This document shows, piece after piece, positions 8,336 to 17,858 of a DNA stretch of 64,000 nt (positions are counted from its first letter, which is position 1; each line of letters opens with the position of its first letter). Made by a program: the position numbers and the translations under genes. The stretch covers positions 1 through 64,000 of IMG/VR virus record IMGVR_UViG_3300027758_000008. One strand, given 5' to 3'. Source of the DNA: a virus. The notes beneath the pieces were generated by a model, which was not told the DNA's origin, made no database searches, and saw nothing but the letters and a program-made list of their open reading frames with translations.

Positions 8336-9880
8336 CTATGTTTCTTGAGGCTCCACGGGAGTCTCTTCTTCTGGGATATTTTGTACCGATTGGTTTACGT
8401 TGTCAACTGGTCGGGCCACCGGTGCGTCTGCGGCTTCCATTTCCAATTCTTCAACGATTACGTCTATCTCTTCGCTAGTCCACCCACCTTTCTCAAGTTG
8501 GCGCATGAATTCTTTCTGGCTGATTTCGCGGTCAATGCGCAATTCACGCAACACGCGAACCTCATCGACAGTCAGTCGTGGCGTCGCAAAGTCGCGAGGC
8601 AAGTCAATGGATACTTCGCCACTACTGCCTTCAAACACCATGCAATATTCGATGACGCGAATAAATGCACTTTCGATACTGGTCGCCAATGATTCAAGCA
8701 TAGCATTCTGGTCGCTGGCATTAATGTCTGCCTCAGTCGCTGTCATGGTGTCAACGTCAGACTTAACTGCCCCACCCATCTCTGATATTTCTTTTTTGTT
8801 GTGCTCGAAATACCACTGGAAATCCGACATTTCAGCCGAAGCACTTTTAACGTCTACTGTCACGCCATCGGGGAGATTGTTTACTGAACCTGGACCTGTG
8901 GCGACGTATGCACGGCCATTGTTTGACTGCTTAAATAACTCAGCATCGCCCTCTTTCCACCCTTCAGTGTAGGTGGTAGGCGCTAAGTTACGCTGAGTCT
9001 CTTTGTAAGCAGCAGACACGCGATAGCGGTGCAAGGTCTTTAAGCAGACAGGGTAAATGTAGCCCATGCCGCACGGCAGCTTATGGTCCTTGATTTTCTC
9101 AAGTGACACGAATTCAGCAGGGATATACTTTAATGGTGCGCCACCAACCATCACATAGGAGCGTTCACCCTTCTGCTGTTTCTTGTTGCTGTTGTAAATG
9201 ATTTTCTGCTGGTAGTAATTGCCTTCGTCATCGAGCGCCAGGATCAAGTAAGATTCAATGTCGTCATGACTCATTGTCTCTTCGTCGAATTCCGTGCCGC
9301 GCTCAAGCAATGCGAGAAACGCCAACTGCGTCACGCCGTTACGCTTGCCGAATGCCCAGTTAACCACGTTCTTTCGCGAGTAGACTTTAATCTTTGCGCG
9401 AGGGTTCGCTGCGTCTGATTGCTCTTTGCTAACGTCGGTTAGGTCAACATCACCCAATCCGTTATAGTCAGCAGCCACGACACACCAGTTATCAACCAGT
9501 GAATCCGATGCGGCGACCTCCATCAACTCGTAAATCGAACAGCCGTTGCCGTCAGCATCTTCTTCAAGGTAATCAAGCGGAATGTCTGTTGCCGTATCAT
9601 CTATGCGCATCTTGCCAAGCAGTGAGCGTAGTGTCTTGGCTGGGTAATCATCAAATTCAGCGCCAGCGATAAATTCACGATAGCGGATAATCGCGTCATC
9701 TGTATCAGTGTCAACCTGTGACGGGTGCGGTAGGTAGGTGTAAGTCATGGACTTAACCCTGTCCTCACCTTGCAAACAATCCTCAGCAACTGACATTTGG
9801 AGCGCTGCGAATGGATAGTCTGGGTGAGATTCAATGCTCACCACTACCTTTGTTCTAATGCCATTGCTGATAATGTACAT
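8336..9880 (-). CDS. Portal protein (DUF4055-like)
   Basis: ~510 aa; YLPHP and TATEA motifs; acidic tail; position. Confidence 0.8.
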   Translation of the reverse strand: MYIISNGIRTKVVVSIESHPDYPFAALQMSVAEDCLQGEDRVKSMTYTYLPHPSQVDTDTDDAIIRYREFIAGAEFDDYPAKTLRSLLGKMRIDDTATDIPLDYLEEDADGNGCSIYELMEVAASDSLVDNWCVVAADYNGLGDVDLTDVSKEQSDAANPRAKIKVYSRKNVVNWAFGKRNGVTQLAFLALLERGTEFDEETMSHDDIESYLILALDDEGNYYQQKIIYNSNKKQQKGERSYVMVGGAPLKYIPAEFVSLEKIKDHKLPCGMGYIYPVCLKTLHRYRVSAAYKETQRNLAPTTYTEGWKEGDAELFKQSNNGRAYVATGPGSVNNLPDGVTVDVKSASAEMSDFQWYFEHNKKEISEMGGAVKSDVDTMTATEADINASDQNAMLESLATSIESAFIRVIEYCMVFEGSSGEVSIDLPRDFATPRLTVDEVRVLRELRIDREISQKEFMRQLEKGGWTSEEIDVIVEELEMEAADAPVARPVDNVNQSVQNIPEEETPVEPQET

Positions 9881-9914
9881 AATTAACCTTTACCTGTTTT
9901 GCTCCAATTTTAGC

Positions 9915-9931
9915 CACTGGTCTAACCACTT
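9915..9931. promoter_or_regulatory. FadR-like box upstream of portal gene
   Basis: CACTGGTCTAACCACTT; on the minus strand followed after 2 nt by TAAAAT; identical in B (49434-49450). Confidence 0.6.
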
Positions 9932-11030
9932 ACAAGCCCAATCGCTTAAATACTGTCGATTCCTCTTGCTCAAGCTCGTTTAATGTGATTGTGCGGCCTG
10001 TCATATCGGTGAATTTGGATAGCGATAATTTGCCATCGAGAAACAGTTTGGCCCTTGTGGTACCAAGCGATGATTCAACAAACCATCTAGGCTGTCTGCG
10101 TAACCATGCCTCGTGACTGGTGTCACTTCTAACCGTTGTCGGGTCGAATGCGTCTTTGTCACGCTTGCCTCTGTACTTTGGCTTACCATCCGTGCTGGCT
10201 TCTTTCTTCTCGAATGCTTCTTTTGCTGCCGGTCCTGATTTGCCGCCTATGGCAACCTGTTGGCCGGTTAACTCGAATCCTTCTGGACCGTAGATTAGTG
10301 TTGAGCGGCAGTTTGGGTGCAACGGAGGAATCGGTAACTTCGGGTCGTCAGCCTTAAATCGTTTCTTTGAGTTAGTCCGACAAATTAAACTAGTCCTGTT
10401 ATCCCACACGGCGACAAATATCGCCTCCTGATAGTATTTAGGATGCGCAGATACGTTAGCCCGCCTTGCCTGCTGTACGTAATGCGTGAAAGCTGTTCTG
10501 GCCAATGACTCAGCGCGGGTTTTCAGTGTACCGTCAAACTCAGCACGTATATTCTTTAGCACCTGGTTGACTGTCTCGGCGCGTGAATAGCCCTGTCGAA
10601 CCATTGACATAATGCGTTGATTTCTTCCAGCGTTATTGCCAGTAATGAATTCATCCCAGAAACCAGCCTGCTTTGACTGCTCCATGACAATCATTTGCTC
10701 ACCGATGAACGATAGAATCTCATTCTTTGCCGGTGGCGTTAGCTCAGTGTTGCGCAGCATGTAACGCACCTCATACAATGCCGCCTCTTGCATATCCTTG
10801 GTGTAATCTGCCCAGCCTGAATTCAACTCGATAATGCGTTGTATGCGCTTCTCGATAGTCTCAAGCTGCTTTGGTGTGCGTGGCAAGCCGCCGTCGATGA
10901 TGAGCAGCCTGATTAGCCGGTACGTTTCCTCTAACCCTGGATAAACAGACGCGTTGATATACCCTGAATTTAACCTATCAAGGTATACCTCGTGCATTAA
11001 TTGTGCGTCTAGGTTTATTGTGATTGTCAT
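9930..11030 (-). CDS. Head morphogenesis protein (SPP1 gp7 / Mu F family)
   Basis: ARTA...D.RTS..C...PPLHPNCRS motif. Confidence 0.85.
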   Translation of the reverse strand: MTITINLDAQLMHEVYLDRLNSGYINASVYPGLEETYRLIRLLIIDGGLPRTPKQLETIEKRIQRIIELNSGWADYTKDMQEAALYEVRYMLRNTELTPPAKNEILSFIGEQMIVMEQSKQAGFWDEFITGNNAGRNQRIMSMVRQGYSRAETVNQVLKNIRAEFDGTLKTRAESLARTAFTHYVQQARRANVSAHPKYYQEAIFVAVWDNRTSLICRTNSKKRFKADDPKLPIPPLHPNCRSTLIYGPEGFELTGQQVAIGGKSGPAAKEAFEKKEASTDGKPKYRGKRDKDAFDPTTVRSDTSHEAWLRRQPRWFVESSLGTTRAKLFLDGKLSLSKFTDMTGRTITLNELEQEESTVFKRLGL

Positions 11031-12490
11031 TAAAGCCCGTAATGAGTCAGGTTGAACATCTGCGCCTGAGCGATATTAATATCTACATCAAATGTGCCAG
11101 CGTCAGCGCTGATTGCAAATCGCAAGCTTGAGACACCTTCAGGAACTTCAAGCTCAACACTAAGTGTTGTTGCGTCTACGCTTACCGCTGCCTGTCTCAT
11201 CATGTATACGCGGTCAACTGAATTGACGGTAACATCGTATTGCACAAAAACACTAAGCTCACACGAGCCGCTGTTTATGGTATTACTAAACCGCATCACA
11301 CACAGGTATGTGTCGCCCTCGGTAACGTTCCAACGGCTAGAGTTAATAAATAACTGGCTATTAACCCAGTTAACTTGCCATGTGTTACCTATTCCAAGCG
11401 ACGTTTCTGCCAGTGACTGAGTATTTTGATTTCCGTTAGTGGCCCAATTATTCGGCAGCCCTGCGCCGTATGTTCCAGTTGTAAAGCACCCATTCGGATT
11501 CAATATAACACTGTCAATTGTGTAATCGTCTATCCTTGGTAGTGGCGTATAGTACCTATTATTTAGGTAGTCATCTGCCAATTTGTAACCGGCTGTTTGT
11601 TCTGCTGCTGGGTCTGGATGGGTTCCATCCGATGATGCGCCACTAACCCATGCGCCGGTCGATGGGTCGGTTAACTCGTCCCATATGCCGAAGCACTTAA
11701 TTCCTTTCTTCCTAGCTGTTACATAGTCGTATAAGTTAGCCTCAAAAACATACTCGCTACGTGCAGCTGTATCATGCGGAGGAGCCATAATCATAAGAGG
11801 CTCTGAACCTATACCGGAAACATAATCCAAACATGTAGCAATGTTATCCCTATGCTCTATAAGCGTAACGCCTGCCGCATAATCATTGGTCGCCTCCATA
11901 ACAGTTACGAGCGTGCCGTCTATATCGGACAGCCTTGCAATCATCTGGTTTGTGTTATTACCTCCAACGCCAGCATTAGTTTTAAAAACCACTGCGCCGC
12001 CACTGTTTCTAGCGAACCATGTGCCAAAATTATTGATAGCCTCACTGATTGAGTTGCCAAACACGCATAGCTGTTCCTGCCCACTGTTCAGTTTTGTTCT
12101 GACCAAACTAGCAACCCCGCCACTCGACTTAACTTCGTATTCGCCGTCTGCGGCCTGAACCTTGATAGAATCAATTGACGTAAATGAAACGCCTTTGCCC
12201 GAGAAATAACCAGAAGCCGTTACAGTTGCGATTGAATCAGGCGTTGAGTAATTCCAGATTCTAGGCGTTGCGTTATCGCACTTAGCCATTGCGGTAAGGA
12301 TATCGCCGTCAGTGGTGATATATGCCAAGACGCTGCCGTTAGAGCAAACGCAATTGACAGTCGATAATTCTGAACTGAAAGTGTAGCCGGTGAAATAGGT
12401 GTGTTGTGATACTTCTTCGACAGTGTCGTCTGTTACGTATCTAAATTTAACCGCCGAGATTCTGTCAACGTTCAATGCCTGGAATGCCAT
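11030..12490 (-). CDS. Second SGNH hydrolase with paralogous N-terminal module, absent from B
   Basis: GNSIS, GVGG, ATND, DGTHP; N-terminus aligns with 3003..4598 (VTASGYF...SIKVQA.DG.YEV). Confidence 0.72.
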   Translation of the reverse strand: MAFQALNVDRISAVKFRYVTDDTVEEVSQHTYFTGYTFSSELSTVNCVCSNGSVLAYITTDGDILTAMAKCDNATPRIWNYSTPDSIATVTASGYFSGKGVSFTSIDSIKVQAADGEYEVKSSGGVASLVRTKLNSGQEQLCVFGNSISEAINNFGTWFARNSGGAVVFKTNAGVGGNNTNQMIARLSDIDGTLVTVMEATNDYAAGVTLIEHRDNIATCLDYVSGIGSEPLMIMAPPHDTAARSEYVFEANLYDYVTARKKGIKCFGIWDELTDPSTGAWVSGASSDGTHPDPAAEQTAGYKLADDYLNNRYYTPLPRIDDYTIDSVILNPNGCFTTGTYGAGLPNNWATNGNQNTQSLAETSLGIGNTWQVNWVNSQLFINSSRWNVTEGDTYLCVMRFSNTINSGSCELSVFVQYDVTVNSVDRVYMMRQAAVSVDATTLSVELEVPEGVSSLRFAISADAGTFDVDINIAQAQMFNLTHYGL

Positions 12491-12547
12491 GGTAAAATTC
12501 CTCTTATGCTATTGGTTAAGTTTAAAGCAATTGTCATGGCAAGTAAA

Positions 12548-13786
12548 TTAACCAAACCTCGGTGCGGCTGCTGGTTTTCTGTGCGTCATCAAATGCTCGC
12601 AAGCGTAACGCAGTGAATCAATAAAATGGTTAAACTCATCTACCGGCTTGTTAATCACTTTGCCGTCCTTATCGACCTGCCAGCAGTAGTTATTAAACTC
12701 TACCATAAATTCAACCAAATGCGCATTGACGATTATTTCAAACTCACTGAGGAAGTCTATGCCAGCGTTAATGGAGTCTTTTCCTTTCATTGCGCCACGA
12801 ATGCGGATGCCTTTAGCATCAAGGTAATCGATTGACTTAGGCTCTGAGCTATCAGCCGTCGTCATGTGGCGGTGACAGTTCATTTCCTTCATCTTGCTGG
12901 CAATGGCCGAATTCTGCATACCTTTCTCGTAGAAACCGTCGTACACGTAAATTTTCTTACCCTTGACATCAATGTAAGTCTGGTTAAATGCTGACGGGTC
13001 GTTAGTGTAACCAAAGTCAAGGCCTTGGACACAGTCAAGCCCTTTAACCTCAGATTCTTTAATCAGGCGAGCCGTGGCGTTATTAAACACAAGCCCTTCT
13101 GCTGTACCCCAATTGCCAAGCGCATATATGTTGTAATAGCGCGGATTGGTCTTTTTCTTGTTCTCCATAACCATCTTGTATTCATCGTCAATGAATGCGT
13201 TATCAAGATATGTCGTGTGAAGTGTGAAAACGCCATCTATTGGGTCATCGAAGAATACGCGCTTAATCCAGTGCTGCTCGCTGATAGGATTAAACGTCAG
13301 AATAATTTGCTTGATGTATTTAGTTTCGCCACGCAAACGCAAGTCAAGCTGCTCGAAGTCCTCTTGCGTTAGCTCCGTGGCCTCTTCGCACCATATGCCG
13401 GTAACGCCTTCGATTGACTTTAGTTTTTCAACGTCGTCTAGGCCGCTGAACATTATCTGCGAGCCGTTCTTTTTGTAGGTAATGGTTTTATCAGTCAGGT
13501 TTACGTCAAACTCTTCTGACAAACCCCATCGGCTTATGATGTTGCGTATGAGCGTAAACACAGACCGTTTTATGGTTCGGTCAACTTTACGTATTACGAG
13601 AAAGTTATGCTTGCAGTCTGATTCTTTGAGAAGGCGATAAACGATTTTGCGTGCGACGATATGTGATTTGCCTGACCCTGCGCCACCCCATAGGATTTGG
13701 TAGCGCGACTGGTCAGTGAATGCCGGTACAAACTTAGGTGACTTCTCCTTTACGTGCTTCCTGAATTTGGCTAGGTCTATTACCAC
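12548..13786 (-). CDS. terL: Terminase large subunit (PBSX/SPP1-like)
   Basis: Walker A GGAGSGKS, Walker B WCEEA, nuclease motifs GLDFGY and NHFIDSLRY. Confidence 0.92.
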   Translation of the reverse strand: MVIDLAKFRKHVKEKSPKFVPAFTDQSRYQILWGGAGSGKSHIVARKIVYRLLKESDCKHNFLVIRKVDRTIKRSVFTLIRNIISRWGLSEEFDVNLTDKTITYKKNGSQIMFSGLDDVEKLKSIEGVTGIWCEEATELTQEDFEQLDLRLRGETKYIKQIILTFNPISEQHWIKRVFFDDPIDGVFTLHTTYLDNAFIDDEYKMVMENKKKTNPRYYNIYALGNWGTAEGLVFNNATARLIKESEVKGLDCVQGLDFGYTNDPSAFNQTYIDVKGKKIYVYDGFYEKGMQNSAIASKMKEMNCHRHMTTADSSEPKSIDYLDAKGIRIRGAMKGKDSINAGIDFLSEFEIIVNAHLVEFMVEFNNYCWQVDKDGKVINKPVDEFNHFIDSLRYACEHLMTHRKPAAAPRFG

Positions 13787-14217
13787 TCATTTTCACCACT
13801 ATCTATCACGCGTTCGGTTACTTCTTTCTTGTCCGCTAACCCTAAATCACGTGCAATAATATTCGGATTAAGCAGGTCTGCCGATGCGCCCTCAAACTTC
13901 TGAGCGCGGATAATTGACTCTACACGCGTTACGACGTCAGAAAAATCTTCGTCCTTACGCCATGAAAACCACGTCTGTTCGGTTATATCAAGAAATATAC
14001 AAAGCCCCCCAATGGTCATTGCTCGCATCTTTGCCATTGGCTCATGTGAAGCTACACCTTGGAAGAATGAAACCTTATCCTCGTATAACGGGTTTTCTTC
14101 TACCCACTGGAAATATTCTTGGCAAGCTTCCCATAAAGCTTCATGACTAGCGAACAGCTTGTCTCTACCGTGCTTTGTACGTGCTTTCCAGAATTGGTTT
14201 CCTTTCGGGGCTGGCAT
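13780..14217 (-). CDS. terS: Terminase small subunit (P22 gp3-like)
   Basis: APKGNQFW...HGR...LW.AC.EYF.WVE.NPL...AKMRAMTI.GL...QKF.GA.ADLLN.NIIARDLGL matches remembered P22 gp3. Confidence 0.85.
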   Translation of the reverse strand: MPAPKGNQFWKARTKHGRDKLFASHEALWEACQEYFQWVEENPLYEDKVSFFQGVASHEPMAKMRAMTIGGLCIFLDITEQTWFSWRKDEDFSDVVTRVESIIRAQKFEGASADLLNPNIIARDLGLADKKEVTERVIDSGENEW

Positions 14218-14265
14218 ATCAATCACCGTTAATTAATCAGTCTTAAATATACCACATGATAGGAT

Positions 14266-14292
14266 AAAAAAAAGCCCTGCGGATAACAGGGC
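14266..14292 (-). terminator. Intrinsic terminator upstream of terS
   Basis: GCCCTG-TTATCCG-CAGGGC followed by T8 on the minus strand; conserved in B. Confidence 0.75.
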
Positions 14293-14355
14293 AACTGGAG
14301 GGGAAGAAACAAAATGATTTAATCACTCACACCATAGCGGGTTAGTTGTGTGGTG

Positions 14356-14535
14356 TCAATCATTAACCACTAGCGGCTGATAACTAACACCTACCGGTAA
14401 CTGCATAAAATCCAGCTCGTATTCGCTATACATCCATTGTTGAAATGCGTATTCGGCTTCCTGGAGGTTTCGTGCGTCGAATATGTCTACCGAATACTCC
14501 TTACCGCTGATTGTTGTGGATGCGCGGTAGTTCAT
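14356..14535 (-). CDS. Small hypothetical protein
   Basis: 59 aa; homolog at the 3' part of 53284..53499. Confidence 0.55.
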   Translation of the reverse strand: MNYRASTTISGKEYSVDIFDARNLQEAEYAFQQWMYSEYELDFMQLPVGVSYQPLVVND

Positions 14536-15380
14536 AACAGGCCGCTCTTGAATATGTGAGAAACTACATTAACCGTCCACCCGTTTCCAGAGAGAATTTC
14601 AGCTTGACGCTGGCTTACGCAGTCAAAATAATCGCCTGGAGCGCCAACTATGAGAGCCAATGACCTTTTACCCGGCTTAAAATACCTCCCATTTGCATGG
14701 ATAAAATTCCCATTCCAGCTAGCGTACTGCCTTGCTGTCATAGTTATCCCTTTTGAGCCTCCCTTTGCGATTTTTGAATATTTCTTGGCCTCCTGGAATT
14801 CGCTATTCTTATTCCACCACTCCACCCACCCTTCAGACATTTCAACATAATCAACAATATAGCTTAGAAATGATGATTTATCTTTGTAGAACTTCCCGCC
14901 GTAATCCCAATTGAACCAGTAATACCTAGGTCTTTCACATGGGCTGTAGTCTGACGAATTAATAAAAACAGGCTCAACACCTAATTTATCACTTATAACC
15001 GCAAGGTATTCTTTTTTCATCTTCACGTTTTCAAGCATGAATTTAATGTCAGGATTAACGCTTTTGATGTGATTCAGAATATCAACGTAAACGAAAAACA
15101 ACTTACTGCGTGGGTCGTCAAAGGCCAGCTGCTTGCCTGCAAAGCTAAACCCCTGGCACGGTGAGCCACCAATTAACAAATCAATCGAGGCCCAATCAAT
15201 ATCCCATTCGCGCCACTTGGTAACATCGCCCAGCTGAACCGTGTCAGGATAATTCGCCTGAGTTACTTTAATCGCGTATTTATCCACCTCTGCCGCATAA
15301 TAAACATCTGGCTTAATTCCAATTCTATTCAGCGCAATCTGGCCGCATGATAAGCCGTCAAACAAACTTAATACCTTCAC
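14532..15380 (-). CDS. DNA cytosine-5 methyltransferase
   Basis: Motifs LSLFDG (I), GSPCQGFS (IV), ENV (VI), R.R (VIII), GNGW (X); not at this site in B. Confidence 0.88.
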   Translation of the reverse strand: MKVLSLFDGLSCGQIALNRIGIKPDVYYAAEVDKYAIKVTQANYPDTVQLGDVTKWREWDIDWASIDLLIGGSPCQGFSFAGKQLAFDDPRSKLFFVYVDILNHIKSVNPDIKFMLENVKMKKEYLAVISDKLGVEPVFINSSDYSPCERPRYYWFNWDYGGKFYKDKSSFLSYIVDYVEMSEGWVEWWNKNSEFQEAKKYSKIAKGGSKGITMTARQYASWNGNFIHANGRYFKPGKRSLALIVGAPGDYFDCVSQRQAEILSGNGWTVNVVSHIFKSGLL

Positions 15381-15547
15381 GACAACAACCCCCATCCAAG
15401 CATAAATAGCCACACAGCCCACCCGAATCCCATCGCAACAACATTACCTTTCGTCTGCTCGATATATTCACCCCATGCAAGTTCAAGCGATGCCCATGCT
15501 ATACCGGCGAATGTGACTACCATGTATGTGTAATAGAATTCGTTCAT
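15377..15547 (-). CDS. Small membrane protein
   Basis: Two hydrophobic segments; homologous DNA in B. Confidence 0.5.
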   Translation of the reverse strand: MNEFYYTYMVVTFAGIAWASLELAWGEYIEQTKGNVVAMGFGWAVWLFMLGWGLLS

Positions 15548-15909
15548 TCTGCCTCCTGCATCATTAGGTAGCAAATCATGGCGGCGCGTAACTTATTGCC
15601 ACCATGAATATGCGTCATCCCTTCCCATCTTGAGCATTCAGATGCACCAAGCCCGACGTTAAAATCGTAAAGACAAACCTGCATTAGTGTTGGCCAAATT
15701 TCCTCAATAATAGACCAAGCGTCCTCTGGATGATTGCAATAATCAACACCGTGAGAAATAAGATTTCCATATTTGAACGTCTTATACTCAATGCTTACAG
15801 CACTATCACTAACCGCCGGGCAGCTGCCATCGCCAACAATCCACGTATACGGGCGCAACTCAGCAACCCGCTTATTAATCTCAAAATCTGACATTTGTTC
15901 GTAGTTCAT
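15544..15909 (-). CDS. NinX/DUF2591-like protein
   Basis: MSDFEINKRVA...DYCN.P.DAW.II...LRAAMICYLMMQ. Confidence 0.7.
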   Translation of the reverse strand: MNYEQMSDFEINKRVAELRPYTWIVGDGSCPAVSDSAVSIEYKTFKYGNLISHGVDYCNHPEDAWSIIEEIWPTLMQVCLYDFNVGLGASECSRWEGMTHIHGGNKLRAAMICYLMMQEAE

Positions 15910-16187
15910 ACCTCACCCCGCGCTTTTGCTAGCAGTTGCTCAACCTCGTCATGGCTAAAATCCTCCATGCCGTAAGGTTGCGTTAACTTTTCAAGCATCG
16001 CATACATATCCGGTGCCGCTGCTATTAGGTGGGCGTTACAGTGAGACTCTTCGCTTATGTTGCATCCTGTATGGTCTGGGTCAAATCCCCACACTGTCCC
16101 AACAGTACCCGACATTGAATTAATTTCAATTAAGCCTCCTTCGTCATTTACCGTCCACTCGCCTTTCGTAAATTTAGCCTCACTCAT
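15906..16187 (-). CDS. Hypothetical phage protein
   Basis: FTKGEW...NAHLIAAAPDM motif common in phage small proteins. Confidence 0.6.
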   Translation of the reverse strand: MSEAKFTKGEWTVNDEGGLIEINSMSGTVGTVWGFDPDHTGCNISEESHCNAHLIAAAPDMYAMLEKLTQPYGMEDFSHDEVEQLLAKARGEV

Positions 16188-17089
16188 TTCCTCGCACTCC
16201 AACTCTTCTTAGCCTTATGTATCGCCGTAAATGCTTCGATATTATCGTTAACCACGCGATACGCGTATTGCGGGTGACAACCTACCGCATTGGATAGTGA
16301 CAGCACCGTGCGATGTTTACCCGTTTTAGCCTCTGCGATGATTGCAGGTGCTATTGTGCCGTATCGTTTCATTACTCTTCCTCACAGTCCAGTATCTCGG
16401 CGCCGTACCAATAACTGTCAACGTACTGTGCTTTCGCATGTGCCATTGCTTTGGCGTCATCCGCATTATCAGCCTCAACCCACAATTCATCTTCCATCAT
16501 CATTTGTGTTTTTACTAAATATTTCATACCCTACCCCCATTCTCTGCGTATTTGCGCATAAGTTCTGGATGATTGAAAATCTCAAATGCTACCTTGTGCG
16601 TTTTCAACCCAGTTACCTGCGCGATTTTAATGTAACTCCGTGCGCCGTCTTGTAGTGCGGCGCTCACTTTACGGTAGTGTTTGTTCATATGAAGTCAGAC
16701 CAATCATAACCAACCGGCATTTCTTCCGACATGACGATATGGCTATAAATTTCATCCATGGCGACTTGGTTAAACTTACGCTCCACCATCCCTGATGTTG
16801 ACTCATCCGCGAACGACTTTTCTACCAACTGACGCGCAAATGTATCATCTTCAATCATCGAGCCGATGACAGTGTAATCAGACACAATATGCGTATTCCC
16901 GCAGTAACGCCAGGTCAGCGTTTTCTGGTCTGCAACGCGCTCTGCCAGCTTCTCGGCGATATACCATAGATTTTCATTGCTGATGCTGTCATAAGTCATT
17001 GGCGTTGATTCTGGCTTGTCTGGTAGCTGTCTGTCGTATGCGGTTTGGTGTTGCTCGAAATTCATCTTCATTTCCTCCATTAGTTTCAC
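16184..17089 (-). other. Run of four small coupled ORFs (16184-16372, 16372-16527, 16524-16688, 16685-17089), two with HTH-like segments
   Basis: Overlapping stop/start codons; conserved in B 53628-54557. Confidence 0.6.
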
Positions 17090-17091
17090 CC

Positions 17092-17130
17092 ATTATAACG
17101 GGTTAATTTTGTTTTGTGGTTTGACCAGTT
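17092..17130 (-). promoter_or_regulatory. FadR-like box + -10 promoter (leftward)
   Basis: Minus strand AACTGGTCAAACCACAA (17130-17114), 16 bp, TATAAT (17097-17092). Confidence 0.75.
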
Positions 17131-17328
17131 AGTCTAAGTCTGGAATAACTACAAATCGAACAATATAGCCGTCGCTGCGACTAAACCATTCACCTTCTAC
17201 AACTTCAAAATTTCCATTTGTGACGGTACTTCCTGTCAGTATAAAGTTATCACCGTGGGCATGATGAAAAATATCACCATGCTTTACATCGTCGTCAGGA
17301 CCTAAAACTCTAGCTTTAACTTCCGGCA

Positions 17329-17858
17329 TCACTTCACCTCAAACTGTTCTAGATATTCATCTGGGTCAACAACAAACCGACCTTTCATCCATGCGTGATA
17401 AGCCTTAATTGCATCGACCTCAGCCTTGCTGATGGTTGGTTTGCGTTTTCTTAAATCCTCTTTCTTGACAACAAAAATATCGTTATCCTCATTGGCAACA
17501 CACACAATACCACCCCGACCTTCGTAAACAACTTTGACTAAATCTGAACTTCCGACAAGACCAAACACTTCTTCACCCTTCCTACGCTCCACCTCTGCTT
17601 CGAATTCTTCGCGGGTGCAGACTTGGTAAAAGTTGAAGCATGATTCCCAATCGGCAAGCCAACTCACCCACCCTCTGCCATAATCAAAACAGATTACGTC
17701 GCCACCCTCATCAGGCCAAACCCCATCAAAATAATCAACCGCATCACTAACCGTTTTGCGTGGCGACTCCAAACTAACCGCATACTCAGCCAGTACGCGA
17801 ATTGGTCTGTTGATTTAAAGCCCTTTGCTTTCTCGATTAACTCAGTTGGTCGTTTCAT
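17329..17858 (-). pseudogene. Mosaic hypothetical gene with apparent 1-nt frameshift near 17800
   Basis: MKRPTELIE start (17858) is out of frame with the PRKTVSDAV part; both are in one frame in B 55105..55656. Confidence 0.45.

Noticed and set aside
7665-8972. Conserved antisense ORFs inside scaffold and portal genes
   Set aside because: Their conservation follows from the sense genes; no RBS or independent signal.
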